Part shown: piece after piece, positions 47,380 through 58,444 of the stretch
How positions within the stretch are numbered: position 1 is the stretch's first letter
Layout: the number at the start of each line of letters is the position of its first letter
DNA from: Alphaproteobacteria bacterium
GTDB taxonomy: Bacteria; Pseudomonadota; Alphaproteobacteria; UBA9655
Length of the DNA: 64,000 nucleotides
Assembly (NCBI GenBank): GCA_013287205.1
Contig: JABDEE010000001.1
Location: forward strand, 4,882 to 68,881
Direction of reading: 5' to 3'
Program-made: the position numbers and the translations under genes
The notes under the pieces: model-generated
What the model was told of the DNA's origin: nothing
Databases searched by the model: none
The model's input: the letters and a program-made list of their open reading frames with translations, nothing else

Positions 47380-47949
47380 ATGTCAATTTTGTCAGATATT
47401 TGGATTCGTGAGCAGGCCCAGAAGGGCATGATTGAGCCCTTTGTGGAGCGTCAGCATAAGGAGGGGGTCATTTCCTATGGTCTATCTTCCTATGGGTATG
47501 ATGCGCGCGTCGCTGAGGATTTTAAGATTTTTACCAATGTGGATAACGCCTTGGTGGATCCAAAGGATTTCTCGCCCTCAAGTTTTGTCGATCGGACGGG
47601 GCCGATTTGCATCATTCCCCCCAATAGTTTCGTGCTCGGGCGGACGGTTGAATATTTTCGGATTCCCCGAGATGTGCTCGTGATTTGCCTCGGAAAATCT
47701 ACGTATGCCCGGTGTGGGATCATCGTCAATGTGACACCTCTCGAGCCCGAGTGGGAGGGGCATGTGACCTTGGAATTTTCGAATACAACGCCTTTGCCGG
47801 CAAAGCTCTATGCGAATGAAGGCGCTTGCCAGTTCCTGTTTCTCAAAGGGGACCAGGCGTGTGAGACGTCCTACAAAGATCGCGCGGGAAAATACATGGG
47901 GCAGCGAGGGGTGACGTTGCCGAAGATGGCCAGCAGTGTAGCAGTGTAG
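47380..47949 (+). CDS. dcd: dCTP deaminase
   Basis: SYGYDxR...EPxWxGxxTLEFSN...GKYxGQxGVT motifs. The last 6 codons and the TAG lie in the octamer array. Confidence 0.92.
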   Translation: MSILSDIWIREQAQKGMIEPFVERQHKEGVISYGLSSYGYDARVAEDFKIFTNVDNALVDPKDFSPSSFVDRTGPICIIPPNSFVLGRTVEYFRIPRDVLVICLGKSTYARCGIIVNVTPLEPEWEGHVTLEFSNTTPLPAKLYANEGACQFLFLKGDQACETSYKDRAGKYMGQRGVTLPKMASSVAV

Positions 47950-47976
47950 CAGTGTAGCAGTGTAGCAGTGTAGCAG
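47933..47976 (+). repeat. tandem octamer array (GCAGTGTA) x5.5
   Basis: Five perfect 8-bp units plus GCAG. Contains TAG in all three plus-strand frames. Confidence 0.95.
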
Positions 47977-48036
47977 GAGGGGGCCGCTTGTAAAAATGAG
48001 TGTCAATACAAAATATGTTAAAAAGATGAAAATGAA

Positions 48037-51000
48037 ATGATGAAAAAGAACAGTTCGACATCTGCTCCACCGCTCCACCGCTCCACCGCTCCACTGTCTT
48101 CTTTCATTCCCCTCCGCGTTCACACCGCCTACTCTCTCCTGGAAGGGGCGATTCCGGTTAAAAAGCTCATAGGGCTTGCCAAGAAGTTCAATATGCCGGC
48201 CGTTGCGATGACGGATACGAACAATCTGTTTGGGGCGTTTGAGTTTTCGAAGGAAGCCAAAAGTGCAGGGATTCAGCCTCTCTTAGGATGCCAAGTACAT
48301 GTTGGTCCTGAGAAAGATGTCCTTATTCTTCTGGTCCAAAATCAGCAGGGGTACGAAAATCTTCTTAAAATTGTGTCTTATCCTTACCTACAAGGAGAGC
48401 TGACTTTTGAGGTTCTGGCGCCGTTGACAAAAGGTCTCATTGCTCTGACAGGCGGATCTCAAGGGGCGCTTGCGCGTCAGCTTGCCAAGGGACTTGATGG
48501 GGAGGCCACGCTCAAAACCCTTCAGATGCTTTTTGAAGATCGTCTTTACATAGAGATCTCCCGTCAAGGGTCTCAGACGGCTCAGGAGCTGCGGGTAGAG
48601 GAAGGTCTCATCGATCTGGCCTACGCTCACAACGTTCCGCTTGTCGCGACCAATGAGGCCTTTTTCCCCGATCCCTCTTTTTATGAAGCCCACGATGCGC
48701 TGCTCTGTATTGCAGGGGGCACCTACGTTTCGACAGATGACAGGCGGCGGGTCACCCCCGACCACTGCTTTAAGTCGCCGGAGGAGATGGCCTCTCTCTT
48801 TGCAGATCTTCCTGAAGCGATCCTCAATACCCAGGTGATTGCTCAAAGGTGCAGCTTTTTGCTGGAGCCGATTGATCCCATCCTTCCTTCTTTTCCTTGT
48901 GAAGGGGGGGAGGATGAAGAGCTGCGCAAACAGGCTCACTTAGGTCTTGAAGACAGGCTCACACGCTATGTGTTCACGCCCTCTCTATCGGAGGAGGAAA
49001 AGCAAGAAACCCGTGAAAAATACACTGAAAAACTCGACTATGAGTTAGGCGTGATTCAGGGCATGAAGTTCTCAGGCTACTTCCTCATTGTGGCTGACTT
49101 CATCAAATGGGCAAAGGCCAACGGCATCCCTGTGGGGCCAGGGCGAGGATCTGGAGCGGGGTCCGTTGTGGCGTGGTCCCTTACCATTACTGATCTTGAT
49201 CCTATCAAGTTTGACCTGGTGTTTGAGCGCTTCTTGAACCCAGAGCGTGTCAGCATGCCGGACTTTGATATCGACTTTTGCCAGGAGCGTCGGGACGAGG
49301 TTATTCATTATGTGCAGCAAAAATATGGGGCTGATCGGGTGGCCCATATTATCACTTTTGGAAAGCTTCAGGCGCGTGCGGTACTGCGCGATGTAGGGCG
49401 TGTTCTTCAAATGCCTTACATGCAAGTGGATAAAATTTGCAAATTGATTCCGAACAATCCGGCACACCCTGTCACCCTCGAAGAAGCCCTCGAGATGGAA
49501 CCTCAGCTCAAGGAAATGGTGGAGAAAGAGGCGGAAGTGAAACATCTCATGGCCCTTGCCCAGCAGTTGGAGGGACTCTATCGTCATGCGTCAACCCATG
49601 CGGCGGGTGTTGTGATTGGGAATAAACCACTTGATGAAATGGTGCCTCTCTATCGTGATCCAGGATCCGCCCTTCCTGCTACCCAATACAATATGAAGTT
49701 TGTGGAAAGTGCGGGGTTGGTGAAATTTGACTTTCTGGGTCTGAACAACCTGACGGTCATCCAAACAGCGGTTGCCTACCTCAAAGACCAAGGGATTGAT
49801 TTGGATATCTCCAGTCTTCCTTTGGATGATGAGAAGACCTATGAGCTTCTTCGGCGGGCTGAAACCATTGGTATTTTCCAAATTGAAAGTGGGGGGATGA
49901 CCGACCTCACGCGCAAACTCAAGCCAAATCAGATTGAAGATCTTATTACCATCAGTGCGATCTATCGTCCGGGGCCGATGGATAATATTCCGCGCTTTTT
50001 GGCCTGCCGGAATGGGGAGGAAAAACCCCTCTACCTTTATCCCGAGCTCGAAGCGATTTTAGGGAACACCTATGGCATCATGGTGTATCAAGAGCAGGTT
50101 ATGCAGATTGCCCGAAGCCTGGCTGGCTACTCGATGGGAGGAGCGGATCTCCTTCGAAGAGCCATGGGAAAGAAGGTAAAATCCGAAATGGAGGCGCAGC
50201 GGAAGCAATTTATTGAGGGGCTCCTAACCCATACAGGGGGTACACCTGCCCTTGCAAAAGAGCTCTTCGCCCAAGCTGAAAAGTTTGCAAGTTACGCCTT
50301 CCCGCGGGCTCACGCGGCGGCCTATGCCCTCATTACCTATCAAACGGCCTACTTGAAGGCGCATCATCCCGTGGAGTACATGGCAGCCCTCATGACCCAT
50401 GCCCTTACCAATACGGATAAGTTGACGTTGTTTGCTCGGGAAACAACTCGGTTGGGTATTGAGCTTCTCCCGCCCGATGTGAATCAATCTGACGCCCTCT
50501 TTAAAGTAGAAGGGGGAAAGATTCGCTACGCCCTTGCGGCGTTGAAAAATGTGGGTGTTGCGGCGATGGAATCTCTTGTGAATGAGCGCACGCAAAAGGG
50601 TCCGTTTAAAGATATCTTTGACTTTGTGGAACGCTTGGATGGGCGAGTCATTAACAAGCGTCAAATGGAGCACATGATTATGGCGGGCGCTTTTGACAGC
50701 CTTTCCCCAAACCGCAGGCAGTTGATGGACAATCTGGAAATGTTGCTGCGATATGGGAATGAGGATAGGCGCGCCCCCGGCCTCTTTGGTGCTGAGGTTA
50801 TTCGTCCCAAACTTACATCTGTTGAGGATTGGGGGTCGCTTGAGAAGCTCCGTCATGAATTTTCAGCGGTGGGTTTTTACCTGACGGCTCATCCTCTGGA
50901 TGCCTATGCGGATAGCTTGTCTGGCCTTTATGTGCAACCATCTTCTGATCTTCATAAGGTGGAGGAGGGGGAGTCGCGCACATTCCGATTGGCGGGGATT

Positions 51001-51432
51001 GTCCTTGCTAAGCAGGAGAAAATTGCGAAAAGTGGCCAACGCTATGCCTTTATGACGCTCTCTGATTCTTCAGGAGTTTTTGAAGTGACCCTTTTTTCCG
51101 AAACCCTGAATCACCATCGGGACCTTCTCGAACCGGGCACTGCCCTTATTCTTACCCTCACGGCTCAGCTTTCTCATGAGAACTTGCGGCTGACATGCCA
51201 AAGCCTTGAAAGTCTGAATGCCCTCATCGAAGGAGAGCCCTTGACTGTTTCGATTCATACCCAGGCGCAAGCAGCGACTCTCATCCGCCTTCTTGAAAAA
51301 GCACCGCGGGGGACGGGGAGGGTGATGGTGCAAGTCGATACGAACGAAGGAAAAGGAACGGTGATTCTCCAGCCCACCTACGGGCTTACCCCTGAGGTTA
51401 GGGATCGGTTAAGCGCGCTTGCCGTTTGTTAG
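48037..51432 (+). CDS. dnaE: DNA polymerase III subunit alpha
   Basis: 1131 aa with PHP domain (LRVHTAYSLLEGA), polymerase core and OB-fold. The N-terminal tail contains the octamer array at 48064-48095. Confidence 0.96.
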   Translation: MMKKNSSTSAPPLHRSTAPLSSFIPLRVHTAYSLLEGAIPVKKLIGLAKKFNMPAVAMTDTNNLFGAFEFSKEAKSAGIQPLLGCQVHVGPEKDVLILLVQNQQGYENLLKIVSYPYLQGELTFEVLAPLTKGLIALTGGSQGALARQLAKGLDGEATLKTLQMLFEDRLYIEISRQGSQTAQELRVEEGLIDLAYAHNVPLVATNEAFFPDPSFYEAHDALLCIAGGTYVSTDDRRRVTPDHCFKSPEEMASLFADLPEAILNTQVIAQRCSFLLEPIDPILPSFPCEGGEDEELRKQAHLGLEDRLTRYVFTPSLSEEEKQETREKYTEKLDYELGVIQGMKFSGYFLIVADFIKWAKANGIPVGPGRGSGAGSVVAWSLTITDLDPIKFDLVFERFLNPERVSMPDFDIDFCQERRDEVIHYVQQKYGADRVAHIITFGKLQARAVLRDVGRVLQMPYMQVDKICKLIPNNPAHPVTLEEALEMEPQLKEMVEKEAEVKHLMALAQQLEGLYRHASTHAAGVVIGNKPLDEMVPLYRDPGSALPATQYNMKFVESAGLVKFDFLGLNNLTVIQTAVAYLKDQGIDLDISSLPLDDEKTYELLRRAETIGIFQIESGGMTDLTRKLKPNQIEDLITISAIYRPGPMDNIPRFLACRNGEEKPLYLYPELEAILGNTYGIMVYQEQVMQIARSLAGYSMGGADLLRRAMGKKVKSEMEAQRKQFIEGLLTHTGGTPALAKELFAQAEKFASYAFPRAHAAAYALITYQTAYLKAHHPVEYMAALMTHALTNTDKLTLFARETTRLGIELLPPDVNQSDALFKVEGGKIRYALAALKNVGVAAMESLVNERTQKGPFKDIFDFVERLDGRVINKRQMEHMIMAGAFDSLSPNRRQLMDNLEMLLRYGNEDRRAPGLFGAEVIRPKLTSVEDWGSLEKLRHEFSAVGFYLTAHPLDAYADSLSGLYVQPSSDLHKVEEGESRTFRLAGIVLAKQEKIAKSGQRYAFMTLSDSSGVFEVTLFSETLNHHRDLLEPGTALILTLTAQLSHENLRLTCQSLESLNALIEGEPLTVSIHTQAQAATLIRLLEKAPRGTGRVMVQVDTNEGKGTVILQPTYGLTPEVRDRLSALAVC
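48064..48095 (-). repeat. tandem octamer array (GCTCCACC x3 plus GCTCCACT), inverted relative to 47933-47976
   Basis: The reverse complement GGTGGAGC differs by one or two nucleotides from the other unit phases (AGTGTAGC, GGTGTAGC). Confidence 0.9.
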
Positions 51433-51466
51433 GGTGTGTTTGATTTAAGTGGGGACATAAATTAAA

Positions 51467-51675
51467 GTGTCATCCCCGACTTAGACCTTCTTAGCTCCCG
51501 CCTTGTGCGGGAGGTTAGAAGGTCTTGACCCGGCTACGCCAGAGGCTACGCCGCGGCGAGTCGGGGCCCCAGAGTTGCAGAAAAATTCTTTCATACCTTG
51601 GCTCCTGGGTCCCAGGTCAAGTGCCTCTAGCCCCCGACTCGTCGGGGGGGAAGAGGCACTAAGCCTGGGATGACA
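51467..51675. repeat. palindromic-element family, full-length copy K (209 bp)
   Basis: GTGTCATCCCCGACTTAGACC...CGGGGCCCCAG...CTGGGTCCCAGG...CCTGGGATGACA, between the convergent genes dnaE and chaB. Confidence 0.88.
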
Positions 51676-51717
51676 AAGTATACGAACTTAAACAGAAAAC
51701 CCTCTAGAGAAGGAAGC

Positions 51718-51948
51718 TCACTTCTCTTCCCACATATCCCCCTTCTTAACATATTTTTTCTTAACCGCTGCCCAGGCGACTTTGTGGGCTACTTCTTCCT
51801 GAGTCTCTGAGCCGCCGCCTCGTCTTTTTTGCGGGTCTTTGTACTCTTCCCACGCATGATTAAAAGTAGCGAGATATATCTTTTGCGCGCCAATAGGCAG
51901 CACATGTCTCACGGCGTCTGGAAGAAGCTTGATTGTGTCGTAGGGCAT
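51718..51948 (-). CDS. chaB: ChaB-family protein
   Basis: LPxxVRxxLPxxAQxIYxxxFNxAWEEY...AHKVAWAAVKKKY signature. Confidence 0.8.
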   Translation of the reverse strand: MPYDTIKLLPDAVRHVLPIGAQKIYLATFNHAWEEYKDPQKRRGGGSETQEEVAHKVAWAAVKKKYVKKGDMWEEK

Positions 51949-52126
51949 GATGTCTCCTTTACCTAAATGCCTAAATTTTCATCATGCTAGGAATTCAGTG
52001 GACAGGGGTCAACGTGCAATTGTCGCCTTTTTTCAACTGGGGGAGGAAGCTTATTCAACGTACAGTGGAACCGTAAGCAGCCACTGAGACAGGCAGCTTA
52101 GGAAATTAAAATAAAGGAGAATGACG

Positions 52127-52507
52127 ATGAAACGAGAAAAGAGAATGACCCTGTCTGGCATTGGGCTGGCGCTGATTCTGGGAGCCACACCGGTTGAGGC
52201 AGGCAGCGTTAAAATCATAAGCACGGCTGAAAGTGGACTTTTCGTTCGCGTTGTGCCGGGAGCTGCTGATGTCAACACCACCTATTGCAAGACCTGCTTC
52301 TCCCCTGCGTCGGGAAATCCTGGATGCCGAAGTAAAGTGCTTCGCATTCTGGCTGAAAATATAGGCGCCAGTACCTTTACGCTTGTGGGAACGGAAGGTG
52401 GTCTTTTGTTCAATGGAACCTGTTCTAATCTCAGTACTTCTAAAGATTATGAAGTGGTGTTTTTTGATACATGTAAAGGTATAGGATGCAAGTACAGAGA
52501 GATCTAA
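52127..52507 (+). CDS. hypothetical secreted protein (126 aa)
   Basis: GGAGA RBS and signal peptide ending VEAGS. Six Cys. No family recognised. Confidence 0.5.
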   Translation: MKREKRMTLSGIGLALILGATPVEAGSVKIISTAESGLFVRVVPGAADVNTTYCKTCFSPASGNPGCRSKVLRILAENIGASTFTLVGTEGGLLFNGTCSNLSTSKDYEVVFFDTCKGIGCKYREI

Positions 52508-52542
52508 AATTTATTAATAACAAAAATATAAAGGAACATAAA

Positions 52543-52785
52543 ATGAAGAAATTCAATCAACCAAAAGCAAAATTAATGGGCGTCGTGGTTGGGCTCCCTC
52601 TTGTGCTCTGGGGATGCCACACCGTCGAAGGGGTGGGCACGGATATTAGTCATGCAGGTCACGCTCTTGAGCATGCGTCGGAAGATGCCCGACAGCCCTG
52701 TACGCCTACTGAGCCTTGCCCGCCTGTTATGAACCGAACGCATGTTCAAACGACGCGTGTTCAAACGCGAACACAGACTTATTAA
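52543..52785 (+). CDS. entericidin A/B-like lipoprotein with a C-terminal extension
   Basis: Lipobox LWGC followed by HTVEGVGTDISHAGHALEHAS, which resembles the entericidin core. Confidence 0.6.
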   Translation: MKKFNQPKAKLMGVVVGLPLVLWGCHTVEGVGTDISHAGHALEHASEDARQPCTPTEPCPPVMNRTHVQTTRVQTRTQTY

Positions 52786-52820
52786 GAACGTATTGTTAAA
52801 TTTAAAAAAGGAGAATAGCC

Positions 52821-53264
52821 ATGTCAAAACGAGATACTTATATCAATCAAGCGCAAAAAAATCTTGAGAACTATAAAAATAAAATTTCGAAAATCGAGGA
52901 TCTTTTAGAGAGTTATAAGGGGAATAATAAAAGAGATTTATTAGATCAAAAAGACGTATTGCAAGAAAAATACGAGGAAGGAAAAAATATGCTTAAACAA
53001 ATTCAAAGTGCTTCTGAAAAAGAATATGAAAACATGAAAGAAGGGGCGGTCAATATCTTTGAGGGCATTAAAGACGCTTTCTACGATTTCTCTCACTACC
53101 TTACCCTTGATCAATTCTCTCGTACGAAGAAGGAGCTGATGCAGTTAGGGAATCAAACTCTGGATGAAGCCCAGGATGTGATTAAGCATCATCCTCTCAC
53201 GATCGCTGCTGGAGCCTTGAGCCTGGGTTTTATTGTTGGAACGCTCTTTGCGCGTTCCAAATGA
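52821..53264 (+). CDS. ElaB/YqjD-like (DUF883) membrane-anchored stress protein
   Basis: Coiled-coil N-region and a C-terminal HPLTIAAGALSLGFIVGTLFARSK anchor. Confidence 0.65.
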   Translation: MSKRDTYINQAQKNLENYKNKISKIEDLLESYKGNNKRDLLDQKDVLQEKYEEGKNMLKQIQSASEKEYENMKEGAVNIFEGIKDAFYDFSHYLTLDQFSRTKKELMQLGNQTLDEAQDVIKHHPLTIAAGALSLGFIVGTLFARSK

Positions 53265-53674
53265 GGAGGCTCGCCATGATCCTTTATGATTTATTAGCCC
53301 CCAAAAGAAGGGAGGCTTTAGGAACCAAGGTTTTAGGCTACGGTTTCTTGTCCGCTGCCGCCTTAGGGGGGACATACTTCCTTTTTCAGGAGCTTGTTCC
53401 CCTCCTCGGATATGCTGAAAGTGGGACTCTTGTGTCTTTACTTCTCGGTCTTATCGGCGGCAGTTTACTGTTCATGGCAAGGGAAAGACAGCCCCTCCCT
53501 CAGGCGGATCTTCCGCATCAGGCTCTCAGCTTTTTTAGAGGCCTGGATGTGGAAAGCACGCTTAAGGAAAATGCTGTTCCTCTCGCCCTCACCGCTCTTG
53601 TGGCAGGCCTTGCGCTCTCACAGGTGAATAAAGCCTCTAAGCTGTTAGATATTTGTAAAATCTTCATGAAATAG
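53261..53674 (+). CDS. putative membrane protein (YqjE / phage-holin-like), translationally coupled to the ElaB-like gene
   Basis: ATGA overlap. Two to three hydrophobic segments. Assignment rests on the analogy to E. coli yqjD-yqjE gene order. Confidence 0.4.
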   Translation: MRRLAMILYDLLAPKRREALGTKVLGYGFLSAAALGGTYFLFQELVPLLGYAESGTLVSLLLGLIGGSLLFMARERQPLPQADLPHQALSFFRGLDVESTLKENAVPLALTALVAGLALSQVNKASKLLDICKIFMK

Positions 53675-53704
53675 AGGAGAAAAACAAGGAGACAGGAGGA
53701 AAGC

Positions 53705-53914
53705 ATGACTAAAAATACCAAAGATAAAGAGGAGAAGGACTTTAAAATTTACGAAGACCTTCTCATCGAGAAGATGAAAGCTGCCTATTCTCAGATGGGG
53801 AAGCTCGGTGGATTGGCGCGAGCGAAGCAAATGGCAGAACAGGGTTTTAAAATGAAATCCGAAAGAAAAGAAAAGAAATTGATTTCTAAAAAAAACATTA
53901 ACAAAGGAGATTAA
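53705..53914 (+). CDS. hypothetical small Lys-rich protein (69 aa)
   Basis: GGAGGA RBS and highly charged sequence. No family recognised. Confidence 0.4.
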   Translation: MTKNTKDKEEKDFKIYEDLLIEKMKAAYSQMGKLGGLARAKQMAEQGFKMKSERKEKKLISKKNINKGD

Positions 53915-53915
53915 A

Positions 53916-54422
53916 ATGAAGAAAATAACGCTCATGGTTGTGACAGCCTGTCTTATGAGTCCGTTCTCGGCCCTTAAGGCTGATGTTGCGAAGAAAACCA
54001 TCCCAAATGCGGATGTTATCAAAGGCCAATGGCACATTATTAAAGGAGAAATAAAATCTAAGTGGGGTGAGCTTACCCATGATGAAATTACCCAAACGGA
54101 GGGTGACCTTGAAAAACTCTCTGGAAAATTACAGAAAAAGTATGGCTGGAACAAGGCTAGGGCTGATAAAGAAATAAAAGCTTTTATGAAACACCATCAA
54201 TCTTGCCACGTATCCTCAAATGCAGAGATTATCAAAGGAAAGTGGCATAGTGTGAAAGGAAAGTTAAAAGCGCAATGGGGTAAGCTCACGCATAACGACA
54301 TTACTCGCATGGAGGGTAACTTCGAGGAGCTCTCTGGAAAATTACAAGAAAAGTACGGTTGGGAGAAAGCCAGAGCTGATAAAGAAATAAATGCCTTTAT
54401 CGCGCGCAATAAATGGAGCTAA
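53916..54422 (+). CDS. tandem CsbD-domain stress protein with a signal peptide
   Basis: Two copies of IKGxWHxxKGxxKxxWGxLTHxxITxxEGxxEKLSGKLQxKYGWxKARADKEI. Hydrophobic leader ending ALKA. Confidence 0.8.
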   Translation: MKKITLMVVTACLMSPFSALKADVAKKTIPNADVIKGQWHIIKGEIKSKWGELTHDEITQTEGDLEKLSGKLQKKYGWNKARADKEIKAFMKHHQSCHVSSNAEIIKGKWHSVKGKLKAQWGKLTHNDITRMEGNFEELSGKLQEKYGWEKARADKEINAFIARNKWS

Positions 54423-54518
54423 TGTAGGTATCATGTCTTCCCTTGGAGCCCTCTGCAAAAGATATTTTGCTAGAAGGTTTCAGGGGTCACATAAAATTAT
54501 AAAAAGGAGGTATAGGAC

Positions 54519-54782
54519 ATGTTTAAGAAATGGTTTGTAAAAAATATGGGAATCATCGGTTCCTTTGGGCAGCTTCTGTTTTTCTTTCAAGCTTTTAGGA
54601 TATTTATGAATAAAAACGCAGGCGAAGTTTCTCTGCCAGGATTCGCTATTGCGCTCACATCGTTGAGCTGCTGGTTAGCCTATGGATTAATTGTTAAAGA
54701 CAGGCCCATCATCATTGCGAATATCACAGGCGTCATTGGTGCTTTTTGTGTCGTCTTGGGTATTCTTATCTATGGATCGTAG
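54519..54782 (+). CDS. SemiSWEET (PQ-loop/MtN3) transporter
   Basis: 87 aa, 3 TM, QxFRI...VSLxxF...WLxYGL...PIIIAN pattern. Confidence 0.7.
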   Translation: MFKKWFVKNMGIIGSFGQLLFFFQAFRIFMNKNAGEVSLPGFAIALTSLSCWLAYGLIVKDRPIIIANITGVIGAFCVVLGILIYGS

Positions 54783-56231
54783 CTTTCTTGGTGTTAAGGG
54801 GAAGGGGCGTTCTTGGTATTTGGTATAAGGGGTATTGTTTTCTTTTGTGTCTACTAAAGGAAACCTTAATGTTACGGTGGCCCCGACCCCTTCTTGTCCT
54901 TCTGCCAAGATTTCACCCCCTGATTCTTGCATAATTCTTTGGCAGATTGTTAAACCGATTCCGTTTCCTTCGTACTCTAAAGAAGAATGCAACCGCCGAA
55001 AGGGACGGAAAATTTGTGTATTATAACGCGCATTAAAACCTTGGCCATTATCCGTAATTTTAACATCGATTTTATCTGGATGGGTCATTGCTGTTTCTAT
55101 TGTTATCACCAAGGGGACATCTTTTTTTCTATATTTTATGCTGTTTCCAATGATGTTTGAGAACAGTTGGGAAAAGTAAACCTCGTTTACCTGTGCATGG
55201 GCCTCAAGCGCTGGGTTATAAACGATTTTTCCCTTCACTTCTTTGAGCTGTTTTTCATACTCTTTCACATTTTGTAAGATCGCTTTGTCTAACGCCAGCA
55301 GTGTATTATGCGCGTTTTTAGACTGGGTATTCAGTTCTTTCAACCCTTCTACGCGGCTGTGCGCTTCTTGCAATGCTTTCGAGACTCTCGTGACGAGATC
55401 TTGCGTGGCTTCAGGGAGTTCTTTTTGGTGTTCAAGTAAGATGATATCATTAAGCATGTTTGCAAGTCTGACAGGTTCTTTAATATCATGGGCAATCATA
55501 TGACTGAATTGATCGAGTTCTTCTATTTTTTTATAGAGCCTAACAAATTCTTCATCAATTTTTCTTCTTTCTTTTATCTCATGCGATCTCTGTTTAAACA
55601 GCTTTTCTTCTTTATCGGGAGCAAGGTATTCTTTGGGGGAGATAAAATAGGGATTCGGGTAAATATTGTTTTCATATTTACAGAAGGGGTGGGACTCAAT
55701 TGCTTTATTAAGAAAACCCTGGGGTAGAAGGGAGGCATCATAGAGGCACACAAACATGACTTGAGGGTTTTGACTGATATTTTCAGCAATTGTCGCTTCG
55801 TATTGAATGACATCTTCAAGCGTTACGAAGGTGTCTAAGGACCAATCCATATCAATAATCGCCCGGAGTGCTGTGGATTGAGAATCCTCAAGTTGTTGTT
55901 GCCAAAATCTTCGTACAGCTTCTAAAGAAAAAACGCCTTTGTGTGTGTAGACCTCTGAGGCTGAAAAAAAAGAAAGTTGCCTATTTTTGGTCCATACGGC
56001 GGGGTCGATGTGCTCTTTTTGCAAAAAGCGTATCACTTTCCCCTTTTTTTCTTCGGACGCAATATAAATTATTTTGTGACCCTCTTTTACCTCCGACAAG
56101 ACAAACTCTTGGTCTGTTTGTAAGGAAAAGGCAGGTTCATTCGAAAAGCAGCACATATGAAGCCCTGTGCGCGTGGCATAGGTATCGTGAATGTTGTGAT
56201 AGTAGATGTCAGAGACGGTGTTTTTTTTCAT
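54687..56231 (-). CDS. sensor histidine kinase with an N-terminal MEDS-like domain
   Basis: MEDS-like N-domain (KIIYIASEE...VCLYD), coiled coil, H-box SHMIAHDIKEP, N and G boxes (NSIKY, DNGQGF, GNGIGL). No response regulator gene nearby. Confidence 0.8.
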   Translation of the reverse strand: MKKNTVSDIYYHNIHDTYATRTGLHMCCFSNEPAFSLQTDQEFVLSEVKEGHKIIYIASEEKKGKVIRFLQKEHIDPAVWTKNRQLSFFSASEVYTHKGVFSLEAVRRFWQQQLEDSQSTALRAIIDMDWSLDTFVTLEDVIQYEATIAENISQNPQVMFVCLYDASLLPQGFLNKAIESHPFCKYENNIYPNPYFISPKEYLAPDKEEKLFKQRSHEIKERRKIDEEFVRLYKKIEELDQFSHMIAHDIKEPVRLANMLNDIILLEHQKELPEATQDLVTRVSKALQEAHSRVEGLKELNTQSKNAHNTLLALDKAILQNVKEYEKQLKEVKGKIVYNPALEAHAQVNEVYFSQLFSNIIGNSIKYRKKDVPLVITIETAMTHPDKIDVKITDNGQGFNARYNTQIFRPFRRLHSSLEYEGNGIGLTICQRIMQESGGEILAEGQEGVGATVTLRFPLVDTKENNTPYTKYQERPFPLTPRKLRSIDKNTQDDTKSTNDACDIRNDDGPVFNN

Positions 56232-56399
56232 TTATTATCTATCCAATTCCCACTTCTTATTTTTTACAAAAGTTTAAGTTGATCAAAAAAATCAACTTGA
56301 GTGGGATAATAGATACTAACGTATTCTCACATAAAAAGTCCACCCTCGGGCTTCTAAGTCCGGGAGGAGGCAGGAAGAAACGGAAGTAAGCGCGCTAAT

Positions 56400-56642
56400 C
56401 TAAAACGCGCAGGTTTTGAGGCACGCTTGTGCTTCCCTAGTGGACACCATGAGAAGGGTTTCACGTTCCGGGTTGCCGTCAACCACAAAGACATTCTGAT
56501 CTAGATTTAAAGAGTCACGAAGGTTCTGTTCAACGGATGCAAGACACGCTTCTTTGGTGGGAAAGCCTGGGCATTCTGGAGCAATCGCTACCGCTTGGTG
56601 AGATATCAGAACGGAAATCATAAAGGAGATAAGTGTGCGCAT
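56400..56642 (-). CDS. hypothetical small secreted protein (80 aa, 4 Cys)
   Basis: Signal peptide ending AVAIA. No family recognised. Confidence 0.4.
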   Translation of the reverse strand: MRTLISFMISVLISHQAVAIAPECPGFPTKEACLASVEQNLRDSLNLDQNVFVVDGNPERETLLMVSTREAQACLKTCAF

Positions 56643-56708
56643 AGGGTCTCTCTTTCTATCTTTGTTTTGAGAAAGATAGCAGAGGGGTCTTAAGAAAAAG
56701 TAAATTAT

Positions 56709-56767
56709 CAGGAGTCAGAAACCAGGAATCAGGAGGACAGGAAAAATTTCCTGACCCCTGACTCCTG
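56709..56767 (-). terminator. groESL terminator hairpin built from GTCAGGA-type repeats
   Basis: CAGGAGTCAG (56709-18) pairs with CTGACTCCTG (56758-67), with an inner CAGGAAA/TTTCCTG stem. A T-rich tail follows on the minus strand. Confidence 0.6.
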
Positions 56768-56783
56768 TCTTCTGATTTCTGGC

Positions 56784-58430
<1,647 letters not shown>

Positions 58431-58444
58431 TTAATCTCCTTCTT

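Noticed and set aside
47578-48123. Minus-strand ORFs with LLHCYTAT / HRYTATPL peptide repeats (47578-48123, 47843-48094, 58729-58956, 58773-59006)
   Set aside because: They exist only because the octamer arrays lack stop codons on the minus strand. They overlap dcd, dnaE and the groES promoter and have no RBS or coding-like composition.
51949-52126. EcfG-type general-stress promoter upstream of the stress cluster or chaB
   Set aside because: Only weak partial matches (GGAAT...ACGT, GGAAC without CGTT at the correct spacing) were found, which is not convincing. A sigma70-like TTGACC-17-TAGCAT for chaB is possible but unverified.
56275-56297. Hairpin AAGTTGAT-CAAAAAA-ATCAACTT upstream of the histidine kinase gene, considered as an FNR/CRP-type site
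   Set aside because: The half-site spacing (7 nt) does not fit TTGAT-N4-ATCAA. It is a single occurrence, so I treat it only as a possible small hairpin.
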